From a virus (taxonomy: Duplodnaviria; Caudoviricetes), in IMG/VR virus record IMGVR_UViG_3300030372_003250, positions 1 to 40,180 of that record: a stretch of DNA of 40,180 bases; one strand, written 5' to 3'. Made by a program: the position numbers and the translations under genes. Each line of letters begins with the position of its first letter. Positions within the stretch are counted from its first letter, which is position 1. Below the pieces are notes generated by a model. It did no database searches, was not told the origin of the DNA, and saw only the letters and a program-made list of their open reading frames with translations. Of the stretch, positions 26,801-35,876 are shown piece by piece.

Positions 26801-27192
26801 GTTACTGCATTTTTAACATTGTTTAATTCATTGAATTTTCTTTGGTTAATGTCAATTTGCTTTGCATAGTTTTGAACTACTTCATTATCCATAGGTAACC
26901 CAGACCATTTACTAGCAAAGGTTAAACTATCTCCATTACTAGCCTCCCATCTATCACGAACTACTGCATCTAAAGCGAGTTGTCCCGTTTGTTCATCTGG
27001 GAATAATGCAGTATTATAGGTTTTCCCCTCATGGTCTGTAAAAGCATCGCCCGGCATAGCTCCATATTCTTCGCCTAAGTGCTTTGTATATATCATAGCA
27101 CCGGGGTTTAAATGTCGATCACTTCGACCCCCAGTACCCCAACCCTCGAACTGCTTTATTGCATCAGTTATAAATGTTAGTTCTGGAGGCAT
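20896..27192 (-). CDS. large polyvalent ejection/internal virion protein (lysozyme-like N-terminus, ART-like domain)
   Basis: N-terminal IKQFEG...HLNPG...F.DEQTG; internal FNNWF.GSKVV..DGTPLVVYHGT...GFYFT...IKNP...DGVI...NQIKS; helical C-terminus. Confidence 0.8.
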   Translation of the reverse strand: MPPELTFITDAIKQFEGWGTGGRSDRHLNPGAMIYTKHLGEEYGAMPGDAFTDHEGKTYNTALFPDEQTGQLALDAVVRDRWEASNGDSLTFASKWSGLPMDNEVVQNYAKQIDINQRKFNELNNVKNAVTRVKNFQEVEPEVQGLMERFPDFVSDIKKMAKDGYFSLTDIVADLTQKEVDAQPEEPEEEDFVLDTQDPSWYEKAKEAYDPELIKKSWKTGVAQAKDLAGGALEFLDAEGVLDYGEVGEEWREDAQNIMEQNYVPELGKKFEWEDLTNPDFYQSKFVQAIPITGTFLASSLAVMKGTAIAGMGTITGAVSTALMLRPFESATEAIGTYNELTDQGYSHDEAGVGASEVFKKNLWLGTIDAGQLTLAFAKVPKPYRNVIARTIAGLGKGAVGAGAEGYEEVIQGYFNELGKSAVTGEAEPDLVEALSLATPQQKEEFAIGTIFGAGFQIGGKVLSSEEVNAIVEEQQEIYLTRKEAREKATEDPTTEVQKEAEIFGKLFDDINFKFVDGKVIDFVDSEELHGYQDPSELEEVAPDEEGYVEGRTTYKNVRFRGQSIPNADGTIDIILDSTKDEGVLIEEMVESIYKILGSKDKQLKKRIDLWLRRHKEQNPNSKYSGIELLSKSFVANNMGYGAEFSETDVLPDGIALAIFDLFTFEGTNLLNRLREFKAEGRGTLGELAEMVSEPVKETYPVETLERFVNKKRQAELKKGKKWTKEKAKKAREQYRKKQSELLVKNVDFTKASDWSLQNQFSKKDLIKFLKSKNINVSKEQSKGDLVRLIGTLRKESQNIRTDKEQPNVERNITSERKLLPATEEKTPETEQLNIEDQPKSPPKIETPPKTESKPKTKKVVADDNKDKSIIDRDNVQEMMLPIDFIVEGIANPTKKNPNGRAMITGVSERNGKVIYSFKDAKTGKEIMEGGKIRWIARDQFTTTEQRRKQGKQRYYDDLATINNKAERAKVVKDSAKYNKVIKEGTVQDLLYDEEELMQMGRQDVILEQMNTDLAREFGEDPTLPTGRAKMLPQLQKLLMDIADGSEKNLSWRNSKDNDLFFDQLSSPTFNIAVAEEVVQNPSFNNWFSGSKVVNDDGTPLVVYHGTPIVNRIEEFKYDPNNRGGMASGLGFYFTTDTQEASGYAKPNTTIGQNAGVVPVLVSIKNPIYLDKRYDPTTDLISEIDEIEEKINLTKKDIVKIIKNAPKLYNKDSSPLWNFIDLNNTPITDSVIEKVANNYTSDSYWALYGDFYDYGGDARQEKFNKIITEITGADGVIAEFYGKKHIIPFQPNQIKSPFNYGAFGLDDNRISYNAGFINRKSEQNSENNSVNYDNAGDFYDDKRSSLERFQTWWANREYRPKQFRDVVATFSSQIRRIHKDLPRQFKDYEFKTIEFVKKFEEQTAPFARKLNDLYKKARRNAQMRSDYMTIEIALKNGDFWKITRLLKQYDMMTEFKQARKALDQLYDVAKSVGYDLGYLESYFPRMVTDHAGLLQYLEGKYGGTSRWVQITDAFKEAEKSRNAQLTFEEKAHIANAVLHGHHQSKEGIGNFKKRKLEKIDPEMNKFYAPSHLALMQYAGYVSELSMAKQFLMGSNKRYVIHKKKNRYFIKDNKTGKYTNDGGYSRNQAHKELDRLRIKEQSLAGMPILALDDMIPGFVISMKNKYNLDGKQEERLQALLQAYFNRDQMNPFLKGYKSLSYIDTMGSFFSAVTQLGDLGISTARAGGFRTMKNFIKGLTQAKRLDKSWISLEDLGIEGLGQEFQDQNALQNALDIVFTVSGVKLMDRLGKETTVNSIMNKYQKIARKGKPGSREYREFMVRLENTFGESMEVQDVLDDLKSGNKTENIRLLAYSELLNVQPVAKSQMPVGYLASSNGRIFYMLKTYLLKRFDVFKDEMRVLDEVAENYEATGNKARAKMVRMSKAQKLFTLGFILMLAEAGADEIKDAMAGRESDLSDRVISNLLRLMGISRYHFYSFRKDGLSQAVLKLVMPPVDIIDDPLKDIDRIGKSYYKNKDLRDTWGAVKQDISKLGLRTPKHIPFVGKFLHWWPSYLGKVPQDLPWSAFGYARRRNDKKDHASKGLNRKRRQSRKRRKRSTR

Positions 27193-27194
27193 TG

Positions 27195-28550
27195 TTACTT
27201 AGGAAAGTAGGGATTAGCATATCCATCTTCCGGTAAATCGGGTAGACGTTGTTTTAAATACTCGTTTACAGTTTTTGCATCCCTAAATAGATTAGAAACA
27301 TATCCTTGTAATGCTAGTTTCTTTGCATCGATCATTTTTCTACTAGCAATCCTATCTTCTGGAGATGCTCCCGTTAATGGGTCAACTCCTTTTGCATAAT
27401 ACCCAGTTTTTTCATAAGGGTCACCAAACTTACGCCTATGCTCTACTAACCTATCAACACCAGCCTCCATCTCTGGAGTTGGTTTCATTCCAGTCGTAAA
27501 GTTAGTTGTCATAGCTCCATCACTAATATCTTGTAGACCAGTAGGTGTTCCAGTCATTGAACCAACTGTCATTCCACCGCTAGTATTTGGTGTCATACTA
27601 ATGCCCATATTTGGGTCTGTAAGAGAAAATTTTCCAGTATTCGGGTCAAAGCTCTTTTTAAATTGGTTTGCAGTTTTCGCCATCTGTAGTCTTTTTGCAA
27701 AGCCAAATGGTGTTACTTCATCTGTACCCTCAATAGCTCCTTCTTGATTAACACGCATACCTAGCTTATTCATAGAGGGGATACCCGGTAAAGTTTTACC
27801 CTTTTGGTCAATTCTATCTAACTCAGCTCTAGCGTCTTCCATAGCCATAGCCGATCTTGGAACATTTGTTTGACTAATTATCTCCATAACATCTCTTCCA
27901 GATACACGATTGCCTTCCTCTAAATCGTAATAATCATCTGTTCCCTTAATCTTTACATAATTTTCCATTCCCCGTACATTTATTCGGTCTTTCATGTCTA
28001 ATGTAAAAGGTTGCTTAGTGACATTAGGTTTTAGATTGGGATGAGCCGTAATCTTCTTTTCTTCTTTTTCTACTTCTGTTGTAACCTTTGATTCGGTTTC
28101 TGTAGTAATTTCATCAACAGTTTTGCCATTTAAGGTTAGCTCCCCATCACTATTTTCCTTTATCTTTATTTTAGTGTTTGCTGGAGCTTTTGTACCGGAC
28201 TTTGGATAGAGGCTATTAAATCCACTTATGCCTTCTGTAAATGCTTGAGCATTTCTATCTATTTCCGCATTTTCCTCTACATATTGGTCATAAGCCTTTT
28301 TCTGTATTTCTTTTTCTTCAGTACCATCACCAAAATCAATCCAAAACTTGCCATCTCTTTTTGATACCAAATGCTTTGGGTACTTTGCTGTGTAATTAGC
28401 ATATTTCGAAATCATGGTCATCTTAGCTTTATAGTTATCCATTAATCTTTTAATTCGAGAATTCTCACTATAAGCTTCCCGATAATCTTGCATGGATTTT
28501 GCTTCTAATAAACCACCATAAGCTTTTCTAAATTCATCTCCTCTAGCCAT
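27195..28550 (-). CDS. internal virion/ejection protein
   Basis: Position between pilot-like and giant proteins; start moved to ATG 28550 after GGGAGA. Confidence 0.6.
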   Translation of the reverse strand: MARGDEFRKAYGGLLEAKSMQDYREAYSENSRIKRLMDNYKAKMTMISKYANYTAKYPKHLVSKRDGKFWIDFGDGTEEKEIQKKAYDQYVEENAEIDRNAQAFTEGISGFNSLYPKSGTKAPANTKIKIKENSDGELTLNGKTVDEITTETESKVTTEVEKEEKKITAHPNLKPNVTKQPFTLDMKDRINVRGMENYVKIKGTDDYYDLEEGNRVSGRDVMEIISQTNVPRSAMAMEDARAELDRIDQKGKTLPGIPSMNKLGMRVNQEGAIEGTDEVTPFGFAKRLQMAKTANQFKKSFDPNTGKFSLTDPNMGISMTPNTSGGMTVGSMTGTPTGLQDISDGAMTTNFTTGMKPTPEMEAGVDRLVEHRRKFGDPYEKTGYYAKGVDPLTGASPEDRIASRKMIDAKKLALQGYVSNLFRDAKTVNEYLKQRLPDLPEDGYANPYFPK

Positions 28551-28560
28551 GATTATCTCC

Positions 28561-29118
28561 CTATGTCCACTTTTTATTATTTCGGTAGAATTTGTTTGTC
28601 CCGTAAACATCAAACATATCTCCTACGCCACCAAACATCTTATCTCTAGCCTCACTAAGTGCTTGTTGTCTTTGTTCCATTAATCCTCGAGTAAGCATCG
28701 CATTTTCAGTATGATATTGATTCCCGAATTGTGTTTTACTCATTTCATTCTCAATACCAAGTTTTAATGCTCTATCTGATGCATCCCTAGCCATACTAGC
28801 GTCTAGGTCAGCTCCCACTTGAGTAGCTACTACACTATTTTCTAATCCTTGATTGGTAAGGTTGCCCATCATATTAGCCTTACTTACATTGGCAACATTG
28901 AACGCTGGTCTATTTGCAAGTGCCAACAACCTACTTTGTTGATCGGCTGGTATTGCACCTTCATTAGCTAATTTCTTTAAATAATCCAGTCTAGCTCTTT
29001 CTGCTGGGGTCTTCTTGCTCATTTTGTTTGCTGATGCCCATTGAAAGCCACCTTGAACTGCATCTCCAAGTGCTTTTGTGCCATAGGCCAGAGTCATCAT
29101 TGTTAGTGGGTCTGCCAT
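28561..29118 (-). CDS. internal virion (DNA pilot-like) protein
   Basis: MADPLT... A/G/Q/M-rich helical protein after the nozzle gene; GGGAG RBS. Confidence 0.65.
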   Translation of the reverse strand: MADPLTMMTLAYGTKALGDAVQGGFQWASANKMSKKTPAERARLDYLKKLANEGAIPADQQSRLLALANRPAFNVANVSKANMMGNLTNQGLENSVVATQVGADLDASMARDASDRALKLGIENEMSKTQFGNQYHTENAMLTRGLMEQRQQALSEARDKMFGGVGDMFDVYGTNKFYRNNKKWT

Positions 29119-29351
29119 TATATTTTACTCCCCGTGAATTTGTATACTTCACCATTACTGTCTTTAAAATAGATACGAGCTTCATCCGCAGTTGGTGTCC
29201 CGGGACTCTCCATATCTTTTCTTACGCTAACAAAAACAAATTGACCTACAGAGAGGTCATTTTTATTAGGGATAGAACTGCTCACCCTAACGCTATCTTG
29301 TTTTGTTCTAATTTTTTCTTCGACAAAATTGATCTTAGGCATCTGCTTCAA
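29118..29351 (-). CDS. small hypothetical virion-module protein
   Basis: Overlap-coupled in operon; start may be the second Met (MPKINF). Confidence 0.65.
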   Translation of the reverse strand: MKQMPKINFVEEKIRTKQDSVRVSSSIPNKNDLSVGQFVFVSVRKDMESPGTPTADEARIYFKDSNGEVYKFTGSKI

Positions 29352-31875
29352 TCTCCATTCTGTTTATTTTGACATCATTTGTTGATGCACTTGTTGATAG
29401 TTTTACCATGATTTGATTACATCGAACCGGTACTTTTATTTCTGCTTGTTTTTTCGATGATGTAAATGTTGAACTATCTTCATATACAGCGGTGCTAGAA
29501 TCTCCATCCTTATAAAAAGTAGCCGTTATTGTATCACCACTATCATAGCTCAAATTAAATCTTCTAAGTTGCACATTATATTGGTCTGATAAGCTGGAAA
29601 CATTTATCCAGCCAGTAGTTCTTGTAGTTTGTAAGGATTCTGAGGATGATGATTGGTCAAGTTTTACTATACTTGATTGCGATACATCTGCATTACTTAC
29701 AAAGACATTAATATTAGTATCTTTGTCTGTAAAAATAAATTTGCCAGTATGTCCAGTTGTAAAAGAATTATTAAACTTTGCCCATGTAGCGGTATCTAAA
29801 TTGTATTCCCATATTCCGCTATTTGCAACTGGACTACCTAGTAATGAGAACAAACACGATAACGAGTTTCTTTTAGGATTGTAAGTAAATGTACACGCTT
29901 TTCTTTGGTCAGAAGTAAAACCTTGCCATATATCTTTAATTGGCTCACCAATAGCCACCAGTTGCCAATCATTTGTTAGTTGATAAATATTGTGTTCTCC
30001 AGCAAAAAACAAACTGGTTTTAGTACGAACCACAGAATAGGGAGCTACGCACCCAATGTTTTCTTCTGATTCTACAAGCGACCACATCTTAGGGTCATTA
30101 GATGGGATATATAATTGATACAATCCATTTTCCATTAATACTGCCAGACTATCACCAATTCTTTTTAACGCAACTATACCGCCACCTTGACGATCTTTTA
30201 CTTGTATATAATTTGATATTGGATGAATGTCTGGTTGATTAAGGTCACTATAAACTAAAAAGTTAGAATGGTCTTCTGCATCTGTATCTGGGTCTAATCT
30301 AACATTTCCATAAAATCTTCTAGCACCTACATCCTCACTAGTGATATGTCTCAATCCAAGCTTTGTCTCATTAATGGGATGTGGGGATTGGTCAATAAGT
30401 CCATTATCAATTAATGTTAAAGTAGTTTCTCCATTTGAAGCATTATATTTAGCGTAAGTACTTGCAAATATTACATCTATACTTACAGCCGTATTGTCTG
30501 AACCAGCATCAACACTTAGACCTAGTCCATTTGCATCACTTTCCTTAATAATGTTTAAAGAATCATCTGCCTTTTTTAATAGATAACCATCGTACTCAGC
30601 ATATTGAGTGAAAGCATTGTTTTTATAAAATACTCTTTTCCCACCATATCCACCAGTTTTCGACCCAGCATGGCCACCACCACCAGTATTGAAATACCAA
30701 CCTAAATTTTGAGATTCATTTTCATTCGCTTTATCGTAATAAATGTTCCAATTTTTACCTACCACCACATTGGTGTGTTCAATAGTTTTAAAATATTGTT
30801 TATTACTATTATTGCTATCCGTACCTAAAAAATCGGCATTTACCTCTGGAGTTCCCGATATTTCTGATAATGCAATAGTTGCAAACTGACTACTATCAGA
30901 GTTATAAACATATATAGTTGGAGGATATGAATTAAAATTTTTATTCATTTCATCATTAAAATTTGATTCATTCGTAATATCGTTATTTTGCAAATAAAAC
31001 CTTCTGTGGCACGGGGTTACAGTAGCAACTGTTTCTTGATGCGTGTTACTTTGCTTTGTATTTAAGGTAGACGATGCTACCTTATAAAATGATTTTGTAT
31101 CAGTAGCGTTTGTTGTTATTGCTCGATATATATTGACACCAGTCATTCTTTTATTCATATCGTCAGTATCTAATGAAAGAATAAACTTCAGAGATTTATT
31201 TGCACCAAAAGCATTTATAGAAACATCATTTTTACTATCTTCAAACTTATACTCTTGATTTCCATCAAACACCGGCACAGCTTTGTAATAATGATACTTT
31301 GCGTGGTCTAATGTTTCATTATTGTCATCTATTGCTGATACAGTATAGCTCCAAGTGGAGGGATAGCTAGGTTCTTGACGATCAATAACTACATAATCAT
31401 CATCGGTATTAGCACTACTGTATGGGTCATAAGTCCCATTAAAAAATTTTCTATCCTTTAAAAATTGTATAATCTGGGAATCCTCATTTAATCCCATAGC
31501 TACACGAACTTCCTCGCCTACTTGCTCAATGCGTATGTCGTCCGGTTGAGTTCCGGTAAAAGTTTTTAAGGTAGATATATTTGCAAAGTCGTGGTCAGCA
31601 AAAAAAAGTTTCTTATTTATTTTCTCATAAATTATCCAACCATACCCATTTTCTAATTTTGGGTGCATCCATTGAATAGCTCTTTCTATATTGAAAGGAT
31701 TACCGCCATTCGATGCGGTTAAATCTTTTACAAGAGCGTGACCATCTTGCTTAACGAGCCTACCGCTAATATCGGTTTTGAGGTTAAGCATATTAATACA
31801 AGCAGTATTCGATATATCTTCCGGGTCAGCATTAGTTATAATCCCTCCATCAAATTTTCCAATAGGTATAATCAT
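29335..31875 (-). CDS. tail nozzle / DNA stabilization protein (P22 gp10 / T7 gp12-like)
   Basis: FDGGI...NL...GRL N-terminus, YSDLNQPD, NIGCVAPYSV, IGEPI beta-propeller patterns. Confidence 0.75.
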   Translation of the reverse strand: MIIPIGKFDGGIITNADPEDISNTACINMLNLKTDISGRLVKQDGHALVKDLTASNGGNPFNIERAIQWMHPKLENGYGWIIYEKINKKLFFADHDFANISTLKTFTGTQPDDIRIEQVGEEVRVAMGLNEDSQIIQFLKDRKFFNGTYDPYSSANTDDDYVVIDRQEPSYPSTWSYTVSAIDDNNETLDHAKYHYYKAVPVFDGNQEYKFEDSKNDVSINAFGANKSLKFILSLDTDDMNKRMTGVNIYRAITTNATDTKSFYKVASSTLNTKQSNTHQETVATVTPCHRRFYLQNNDITNESNFNDEMNKNFNSYPPTIYVYNSDSSQFATIALSEISGTPEVNADFLGTDSNNSNKQYFKTIEHTNVVVGKNWNIYYDKANENESQNLGWYFNTGGGGHAGSKTGGYGGKRVFYKNNAFTQYAEYDGYLLKKADDSLNIIKESDANGLGLSVDAGSDNTAVSIDVIFASTYAKYNASNGETTLTLIDNGLIDQSPHPINETKLGLRHITSEDVGARRFYGNVRLDPDTDAEDHSNFLVYSDLNQPDIHPISNYIQVKDRQGGGIVALKRIGDSLAVLMENGLYQLYIPSNDPKMWSLVESEENIGCVAPYSVVRTKTSLFFAGEHNIYQLTNDWQLVAIGEPIKDIWQGFTSDQRKACTFTYNPKRNSLSCLFSLLGSPVANSGIWEYNLDTATWAKFNNSFTTGHTGKFIFTDKDTNINVFVSNADVSQSSIVKLDQSSSSESLQTTRTTGWINVSSLSDQYNVQLRRFNLSYDSGDTITATFYKDGDSSTAVYEDSSTFTSSKKQAEIKVPVRCNQIMVKLSTSASTNDVKINRMEIEADA

Positions 31876-32810
31876 TAATAGATTGACCCTCCAGAAAGGT
31901 CAGTAACAGTCATTGACATATTACTAGCACCTTTACCCACATTGGATTCTCTACATTTTTCACGATTTGCATAGTATCTATTTAAAAATAGGGTAGCTCT
32001 TTGTTGGTCACCAATATCTTCAGCCATCATTGACTTCGCAAAGTCGACTAAATAATCATGATAAATAGAATCAATAATTGGTTGTTCACCAGCATCAGTA
32101 AAATCATAAGCTACTCCTACTACTTTAGCTCTACCCCCTAGTCCATAAGCATCCCAACTACTAAACAATGAATCAAAACTACCTAATGTTGTAGTCCACA
32201 TACCTACTTTAGTATCATTGGTATATATATCCTCATTCGCTTGAAATGTACCAGTTACACTAGATAATACTAATGTACCAGTATCTTCATCTGAGTCATC
32301 AAACTCCACAGTAGCTGTAGCGTTAGATGTTTTGCCCTTTATTTGCGTTCCAGCTATAAACATTCCAGAGGTTAAGGTATTGTACCCCATTTTTTTATAA
32401 GCAGTAGTACTTTCCTCTATATTATGAGGAATAGCTGAATATCTAAAATGAACCTTTCCATCCGCTTGAGGTTCTGGATATAAAGCCAACTTGTTGTTTT
32501 CTAAGAAGTAATGAGAGGGTTTCCCCCTTAATAATGTATTGGATGCATTTCTTCTGGGATATTGGTTGTTAAACTGATCTAGCACCAACCCATCATATTC
32601 TACATTCCACTTTAATTCTATAAAATCTTCTGGAAGTTCATTCTTTACAACTCCCGACTCAGCGTAAATCACCCGTTCACGCTCATAACATTTAGTATAC
32701 ATAGCAAAATCTCTTTCGGCCTCGACTAAATATTTCTTTGCTTTCTTCTTGTGTATCATATCACTACCAAATGGTAGGATAGCTCTATCTACTAATGTTG
32801 ACCACTTCAT
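31875..32810 (-). CDS. head-tail adaptor-like protein with beta-rich insertion
   Basis: YL.EAE.DF...LPEDF...GKP..Y...LYPEP...YHDYLVDFA. Confidence 0.7.
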   Translation of the reverse strand: MKWSTLVDRAILPFGSDMIHKKKAKKYLVEAERDFAMYTKCYERERVIYAESGVVKNELPEDFIELKWNVEYDGLVLDQFNNQYPRRNASNTLLRGKPSHYFLENNKLALYPEPQADGKVHFRYSAIPHNIEESTTAYKKMGYNTLTSGMFIAGTQIKGKTSNATATVEFDDSDEDTGTLVLSSVTGTFQANEDIYTNDTKVGMWTTTLGSFDSLFSSWDAYGLGGRAKVVGVAYDFTDAGEQPIIDSIYHDYLVDFAKSMMAEDIGDQQRATLFLNRYYANREKCRESNVGKGASNMSMTVTDLSGGSIY

Positions 32811-33469
32811 GATATGTAAGCGTTAATTATGTCCATAGCATTTGAATATGCTAAATTAGCTCGTTCCATTCTATTGTCCGTTTTCCAACAGATATACTCA
32901 GCAAAATCAACTATAGCATAATGTAAGGCACTATTTAGCTCATGTGTTGTATCACTAGCTGATTGCGTCTGGATAACTGAAGGCTCTTTTAAATAATAAA
33001 CTGTTATATTGGCAGAGGGGGTAGGGTCTAAATGAATTGTCGTCCCAAGCCGATGAAAATATCCAAGTTTGTCTGTAGCACTTGGAGCTAAAAATGAATT
33101 TGTAATTTTTTCTAGGTCAGTAAGTTCTATCTCATGCCATATTATAGCGTTTGACCCTTGAACAATTCGCATGATAGCATTACGAAATGGTTTTGCACCT
33201 AGTTTTTCAACTGAACCCTCCGATTCAAATATAAAACTACTTTTATATGAACCACTTGCATCCATATCTACTTCAGTAGAAGTGGTTAATTCTGTTAGTA
33301 AGGTTGGTGGTACAATACTACAAACCCGAGAAAGACCATCATTTAAAGCTTTTAACTTTTCACTAGCTGAAAAAATATCTTCATTTGGGTCTTCTAATCT
33401 GAACTTTAGTTCAGCTAACATTTCATTAGGCGATAAACCTATTGTGTTTGTGCTACTTTCGTTAGCCAT
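32807..33469 (-). CDS. head-tail adaptor-like protein
   Basis: RLED....FS..E...LNDG...LDPTP...VYY...P...LHYAIVDFA. Confidence 0.7.
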   Translation of the reverse strand: MANESSTNTIGLSPNEMLAELKFRLEDPNEDIFSASEKLKALNDGLSRVCSIVPPTLLTELTTSTEVDMDASGSYKSSFIFESEGSVEKLGAKPFRNAIMRIVQGSNAIIWHEIELTDLEKITNSFLAPSATDKLGYFHRLGTTIHLDPTPSANITVYYLKEPSVIQTQSASDTTHELNSALHYAIVDFAEYICWKTDNRMERANLAYSNAMDIINAYIS

Positions 33470-33484
33470 TTATTTTCCTTGATA

Positions 33485-33509
33485 TTCCCCCGGGCGGAAT
33501 CCGGGGGAA
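33485..33509. promoter_or_regulatory. GC-rich hairpin after capsid/decoration genes (attenuator or mRNA-stabilising)
   Basis: TTCCCCCGG-7 nt-CCGGGGGAA; no U-tract on the coding (-) strand. Confidence 0.6.
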
Positions 33510-33527
33510 AGTTTTTGATTTACTACT

Positions 33528-33920
33528 CTAGTGAATTACTATTTCGGTTGCACTTAGACAAGTGCCGATACCCTTAGAGCCAACTGAAGCACTCAACGCA
33601 CCATGAGATATTACACCCGATGCATTAATTGAGGTTACAGCTTCCCCAGCAGTACCATCACTCGCACAAGTCGCTTTTCCTCGAACAATAACCCAACCAT
33701 ATTCACCATCAGCAACACTAGCCTCGGGAAGACCCCAATGACCAGATTCAGCACCGGCATCTACGGCAGAAGTCTTTGCAACATAGCCTACAGCTTTTCC
33801 ATTAGAAACATCTAATGCAATAGCACATGGGTAAGTAGCGGTTAAAGCACCACTAGCCTTACACCAGACTTTTTGTTGAGCTTCGGGATCACCAGCAGAT
33901 TTACCAAAAGGCATACTCAT
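33528..33920 (-). CDS. capsid decoration/cement protein
   Basis: Small A/G-rich beta protein directly after the capsid gene; AGGAG RBS. Confidence 0.65.
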   Translation of the reverse strand: MSMPFGKSAGDPEAQQKVWCKASGALTATYPCAIALDVSNGKAVGYVAKTSAVDAGAESGHWGLPEASVADGEYGWVIVRGKATCASDGTAGEAVTSINASGVISHGALSASVGSKGIGTCLSATEIVIH

Positions 33921-33931
33921 ATCAGCAACTC

Positions 33932-34912
33932 CTAATAAGACTCAGCAAGATCATCAATTAAACCTTGCCTTGAAGGGTTAGAGCAAGTCAAAGCACCCAA
34001 CCAAAAAATCTTAGCGATTCTTGCGTCTTGGTTGACCGGTTTCTGGAATCCTTCAAAAGCGAAATCTCTTTTTCTGTGATGACGAAAACCTAAGTAATTC
34101 TCATTCAAGAAATACATTTGTCCAGCCGGACAATGTTCGTCGACAAAAACTGGGATTCCACGATATTTAAGTTCCATAAATCCGTGGTCACCAACACCAG
34201 CGGTTGAACCAGCAAACCTTTTTTGGTCAGAAAGAGCTTCTTCTAAGGCATCAAAAATAATCTGTGTTGTTAAAATCATTGTTGGCGAATCAGAACCTTT
34301 GGTCAATGAACCAAATGCCCTTCTCATTTCACTTTCAATAACAGTAACAGTTTCAGCATAAGTAGCTACAGAACCAGAAACTCCAGAATTACTTCCAGCG
34401 TCTCTAATGTAACCACCATCCCACCACGGGTAAGCAGTACTATCGATTCCACCGAGTGTGCGGTCTACTTTGATTAAATGTTGAAGTCCTACGAATTTGC
34501 CATCAGTTCCAGTACCAGAACCATAAAGCGTTTCACCAAAAAGTTCTTTCATTCCAACTTCCATGTTCTTCACTTTTGCTTCCAATAGGTCGATAACTCT
34601 TTCTTTACCATCATTCAAGGCTTCTTCTTTACCACTAATAGTGATTGTACCATAGGCTTGTACCCAATCGTACTGAGCATCAGTAAAAACTTCAGTTGGA
34701 GATGTATCGAGTACATCGTATCCAGAGTAGAAACCTTTAGCTGTTTGCCTAGCATATTCAACTGGTTGCAATACTTTGTTACCACTTGCAGTAGGTTTAG
34801 AAGCACCAAGAAGTCTCATAGTTAACACATTAGATTTTTTAATGTTGTCAACCATGTTTGGTATATACTGGTCTTTAGTTAGTGCAGATAAATTGTCATA
34901 GTTTAAAGCCAT
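33932..34912 (-). CDS. major capsid protein
   Basis: 326 aa after the scaffold; YSGYDVL, IDLLEAK, GL..L, GGID, YRGIPVFVDEHCP...YFLN. Confidence 0.88.
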   Translation of the reverse strand: MALNYDNLSALTKDQYIPNMVDNIKKSNVLTMRLLGASKPTASGNKVLQPVEYARQTAKGFYSGYDVLDTSPTEVFTDAQYDWVQAYGTITISGKEEALNDGKERVIDLLEAKVKNMEVGMKELFGETLYGSGTGTDGKFVGLQHLIKVDRTLGGIDSTAYPWWDGGYIRDAGSNSGVSGSVATYAETVTVIESEMRRAFGSLTKGSDSPTMILTTQIIFDALEEALSDQKRFAGSTAGVGDHGFMELKYRGIPVFVDEHCPAGQMYFLNENYLGFRHHRKRDFAFEGFQKPVNQDARIAKIFWLGALTCSNPSRQGLIDDLAESY

Positions 34913-34923
34913 TTATCTTTTCC

Positions 34924-35820
34924 TTACTTAAAAACATTATATTTTTCAAAAGCTAATTCCCTCGCCTCATTATAATTTTCCGCTTTCTTGACTTTTTCCT
35001 CATGGTCACCACGAGCTTTTCCGTCAGATTCTGGAATAGATTTGAGTTCTTTAGCTTCTGCTTCTGATTTGATTGCCTTTAATACAGAACTATCTGAAGA
35101 CCCAGAGGTCGATGCCAAAGTAAATGCATCCTCTAAGCTTGGAATGTTGCGTTCTAATGCTGTATTTATAACTTCCGCTACAGCATCCGGACGCTCACCA
35201 AGTTCGGGGTGATTATGGATTAGCTGGGCGATTTCAGCGTCCACCGCCTTCTGCACTTCCATTTGAGCGATTCGATCTTCTAGTTGAGTAACACGATCTT
35301 CCGATTTAGTGTTTACCTCTTCTGATTCTGGTTCTTTATCATTAGACACTTCAATAGTTTCATTTAGCGATTTGAATAATTCATGGTCATCCCCAAGCAC
35401 ATCTTTTAATGTTTCCATTGTGTCTTCATCGTTAACAACAGCGTTTATATTATCAATTTTAGCTTTGAGAGCTTTCCGTTCATCTGATAAAGTTTGTGCT
35501 TTTTGTGTATTTGATGATTGCCATTCCTTTTTATTCTTTGAATCTTCCACAGCCTCCCTTAGTTGTTCGACACTATAAACTTCTCCATCCAGAGTTAGTT
35601 CATTCAAATGTTGAGACTGGGGTTGTTCTTCTACTGAAGGTTCTTCTTTGGTACTCTCTGGTTGCTCCTCGGAGGGAGACGCAGATTGTTCCTCGGTAGT
35701 TGACTCACCGATTGTTTCCTTTACGGGTGCAGAAGTTTCATTCTCTGTAAACAAAGAATCAGCCACTTCGCCCGGTACTTCTATCCCGTAAGTTCCACCA
35801 ACTATACTTTCTGAAGACAT
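34924..35820 (-). CDS. capsid scaffolding protein
   Basis: Acidic, coiled-coil, DGE...EQL...TQKAQ.L; between portal and capsid. Confidence 0.8.
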   Translation of the reverse strand: MSSESIVGGTYGIEVPGEVADSLFTENETSAPVKETIGESTTEEQSASPSEEQPESTKEEPSVEEQPQSQHLNELTLDGEVYSVEQLREAVEDSKNKKEWQSSNTQKAQTLSDERKALKAKIDNINAVVNDEDTMETLKDVLGDDHELFKSLNETIEVSNDKEPESEEVNTKSEDRVTQLEDRIAQMEVQKAVDAEIAQLIHNHPELGERPDAVAEVINTALERNIPSLEDAFTLASTSGSSDSSVLKAIKSEAEAKELKSIPESDGKARGDHEEKVKKAENYNEARELAFEKYNVFK

Positions 35821-35876
35821 ATATACTCCATGTTGTTAGTTAAATTTCTTATTATACTCATTACGATAAAATTCAA

